Origin: Prevotella sp.
GTDB taxonomy: Bacteria; Bacteroidota; Bacteroidia; Bacteroidales; Bacteroidaceae
Assembly: GCA_017415455.1 (NCBI GenBank)
Contig: JAFQGS010000118.1
Location: 9,739 to 73,738 of the forward strand
Reading direction: 5' to 3'
Length of the DNA stretch: 64,000 nt
Part shown: positions 63,220 to 64,000 of the stretch, in pieces
Layout: each line of letters begins with the position of its first letter
Position numbering within the stretch: position 1 is the stretch's first letter
Made by a program: the position numbers and the translations under genes
The notes under the pieces: model-generated
Told to the model about the DNA's origin: nothing
Seen by the model: the letters and a program-made list of their open reading frames with translations, nothing else
The model's database searches: none

Positions 63220-64000
63220 CTATTTCAGCACTATCTCTATCACGCCGGCGGCAGCCTTCTCACCGTATTTCTCCACGGCGCTCTTGTCTTTAATTACATT
63301 AACCTGCTTTATTGTCTCCGGACTCAGCTTGTCAATCTCTTCCTTCGACACCTCTTTCCCGTTCAGTATGCACAGCGGGGCGTTTGTTCCGAGCATGGTC
63401 TTGCCTATCTGCATGGCGGCATCCTTCTCGTCAACATCATCTGCGTCTTTTATCTTCAGAGCGGTGGCGGGCTTCTGTGCGGAGAAGATGATGGGGACAG
63501 TGTATTTCACCCTTACCGCCTTGCCCTTGAGTTTTCCCGGATTCCACTTTGGCATCGACATTATTACTCTCTCTGCCTCTGCGTCAAGTGCCGGCGACAC
63601 CTTACGAACAGCCTTGGCCTCACTTATCGTTCCGTCTTTCTCTACGACAAATGTCACAATGACCCTGCCGCCGAGTCCCTGCTCGCGGGCTTCCTCCGGA
63701 TACTTGATGTTGTCACTCAGATAGGCGGACAGGGCTTTCATCCCACCTGGGAACTGGGGCATCTCCTCGGCAACAGACAATACCTCGTCATTGTCGGGCC
63801 TCGCCACCTCTGCCTTCGGGGCCTGCAATGCCGGCTCTGACGGCGCTACAGCCGGCACTGCCTCAGTGGCAACGGTCATGCTCTCCACCACCTCTGCCAC
63901 GGCAGCGTTGCTCTCGCTCTTTATCCCGCTGCTGATTTCTTTTACTTCCTGATTGGCGAACGCCACAACGGCAACAGCCGCAAATGTAAGCACCAGCCCA
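63220..64000 (-). CDS. energy transducer TonB family protein, 5' end outside window
   Basis: TonB C-terminal domain (MPQFPGGMKALSAYLSDNIKYPEEAREQGLGGRVIVTFVVEKDG). The reading frame is still open at 64000; the apparent start is an internal GTG inside a TM helix. An extra plug-like C-terminal tail is present. Confidence 0.8.
   Translation of the reverse strand, partial: GLVLTFAAVAVVAFANQEVKEISSGIKSESNAAVAEVVESMTVATEAVPAVAPSEPALQAPKAEVARPDNDEVLSVAEEMPQFPGGMKALSAYLSDNIKYPEEAREQGLGGRVIVTFVVEKDGTISEAKAVRKVSPALDAEAERVIMSMPKWNPGKLKGKAVRVKYTVPIIFSAQKPATALKIKDADDVDEKDAAMQIGKTMLGTNAPLCILNGKEVSKEEIDKLSPETIKQVNVIKDKSAVEKYGEKAAAGVIEIVLK

Noticed and set aside
1-64000. Search for mobile-element, prophage, retron, DGR, toxin-antitoxin or restriction-modification hallmarks.
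   Set aside because: No ORF in the six-frame track shows integrase, transposase, reverse transcriptase, Cas, methyltransferase, capsid or terminase motifs. The window reads as core chromosome apart from the repeat family.

Overview
This is a gene-dense chromosomal segment that looks like Bacteroidales, probably Prevotellaceae. That placement is an inference from gene content, from the TAnnTTTG promoter boxes upstream of most genes, and from the type III glutamine synthetase, the DUF4290-murA pair and the SusC-type plug motifs. I call about 49 protein genes, almost all housekeeping: recG, ispD, pdxJ, nadK, rseP, dxr, rimM, murA, tsaB, yicC, gmk, nadD, GSIII, greA, argS, purB, asnS and asd. There are also two arabinan-type glycoside hydrolases (GH51 and GH43), two Upf1-like SF1 helicases, and two tRNAs, Leu-CAA and Val-TAC. 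I see no integrase, transposase, reverse transcriptase, cas gene, CRISPR array, toxin-antitoxin pair or prophage gene, so there is no classical mobile or defence island. The most unusual structure is non-coding. At least nine intergenic regions hold head-to-tail repeat arrays in an exact 22-bp register. The units share sequence cores between loci, sometimes in inverted orientation, and the arrays explain the two gene-free gaps of more than 1 kb (33.9-34.9 kb and 45.0-46.3 kb). The second candidate is a co-directional cluster at 25.3-33.8 kb: a pentapeptide-LOG nucleotide hydrolase, a patatin lipase, an alpha/beta-hydrolase fused to an NT5C-like domain, a 1181-aa PD-(D/E)XK nuclease plus Upf1-like helicase, and an alkaline phosphatase. 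It could be an uncharacterised defence or nucleotide/phosphate-scavenging module, but nothing in the sequence proves either. Smaller observations are a terminator hairpin in the greA leader, an orphan promoter-terminator pair (candidate sRNA), a heptanucleotide repeat inside argS, an RGG/Y/Q-rich repeat extension on a pseudouridine synthase, and Asp at the fosfomycin-target Cys position of MurA. All protein calls rest on motifs I recognised by eye; no database search was run.
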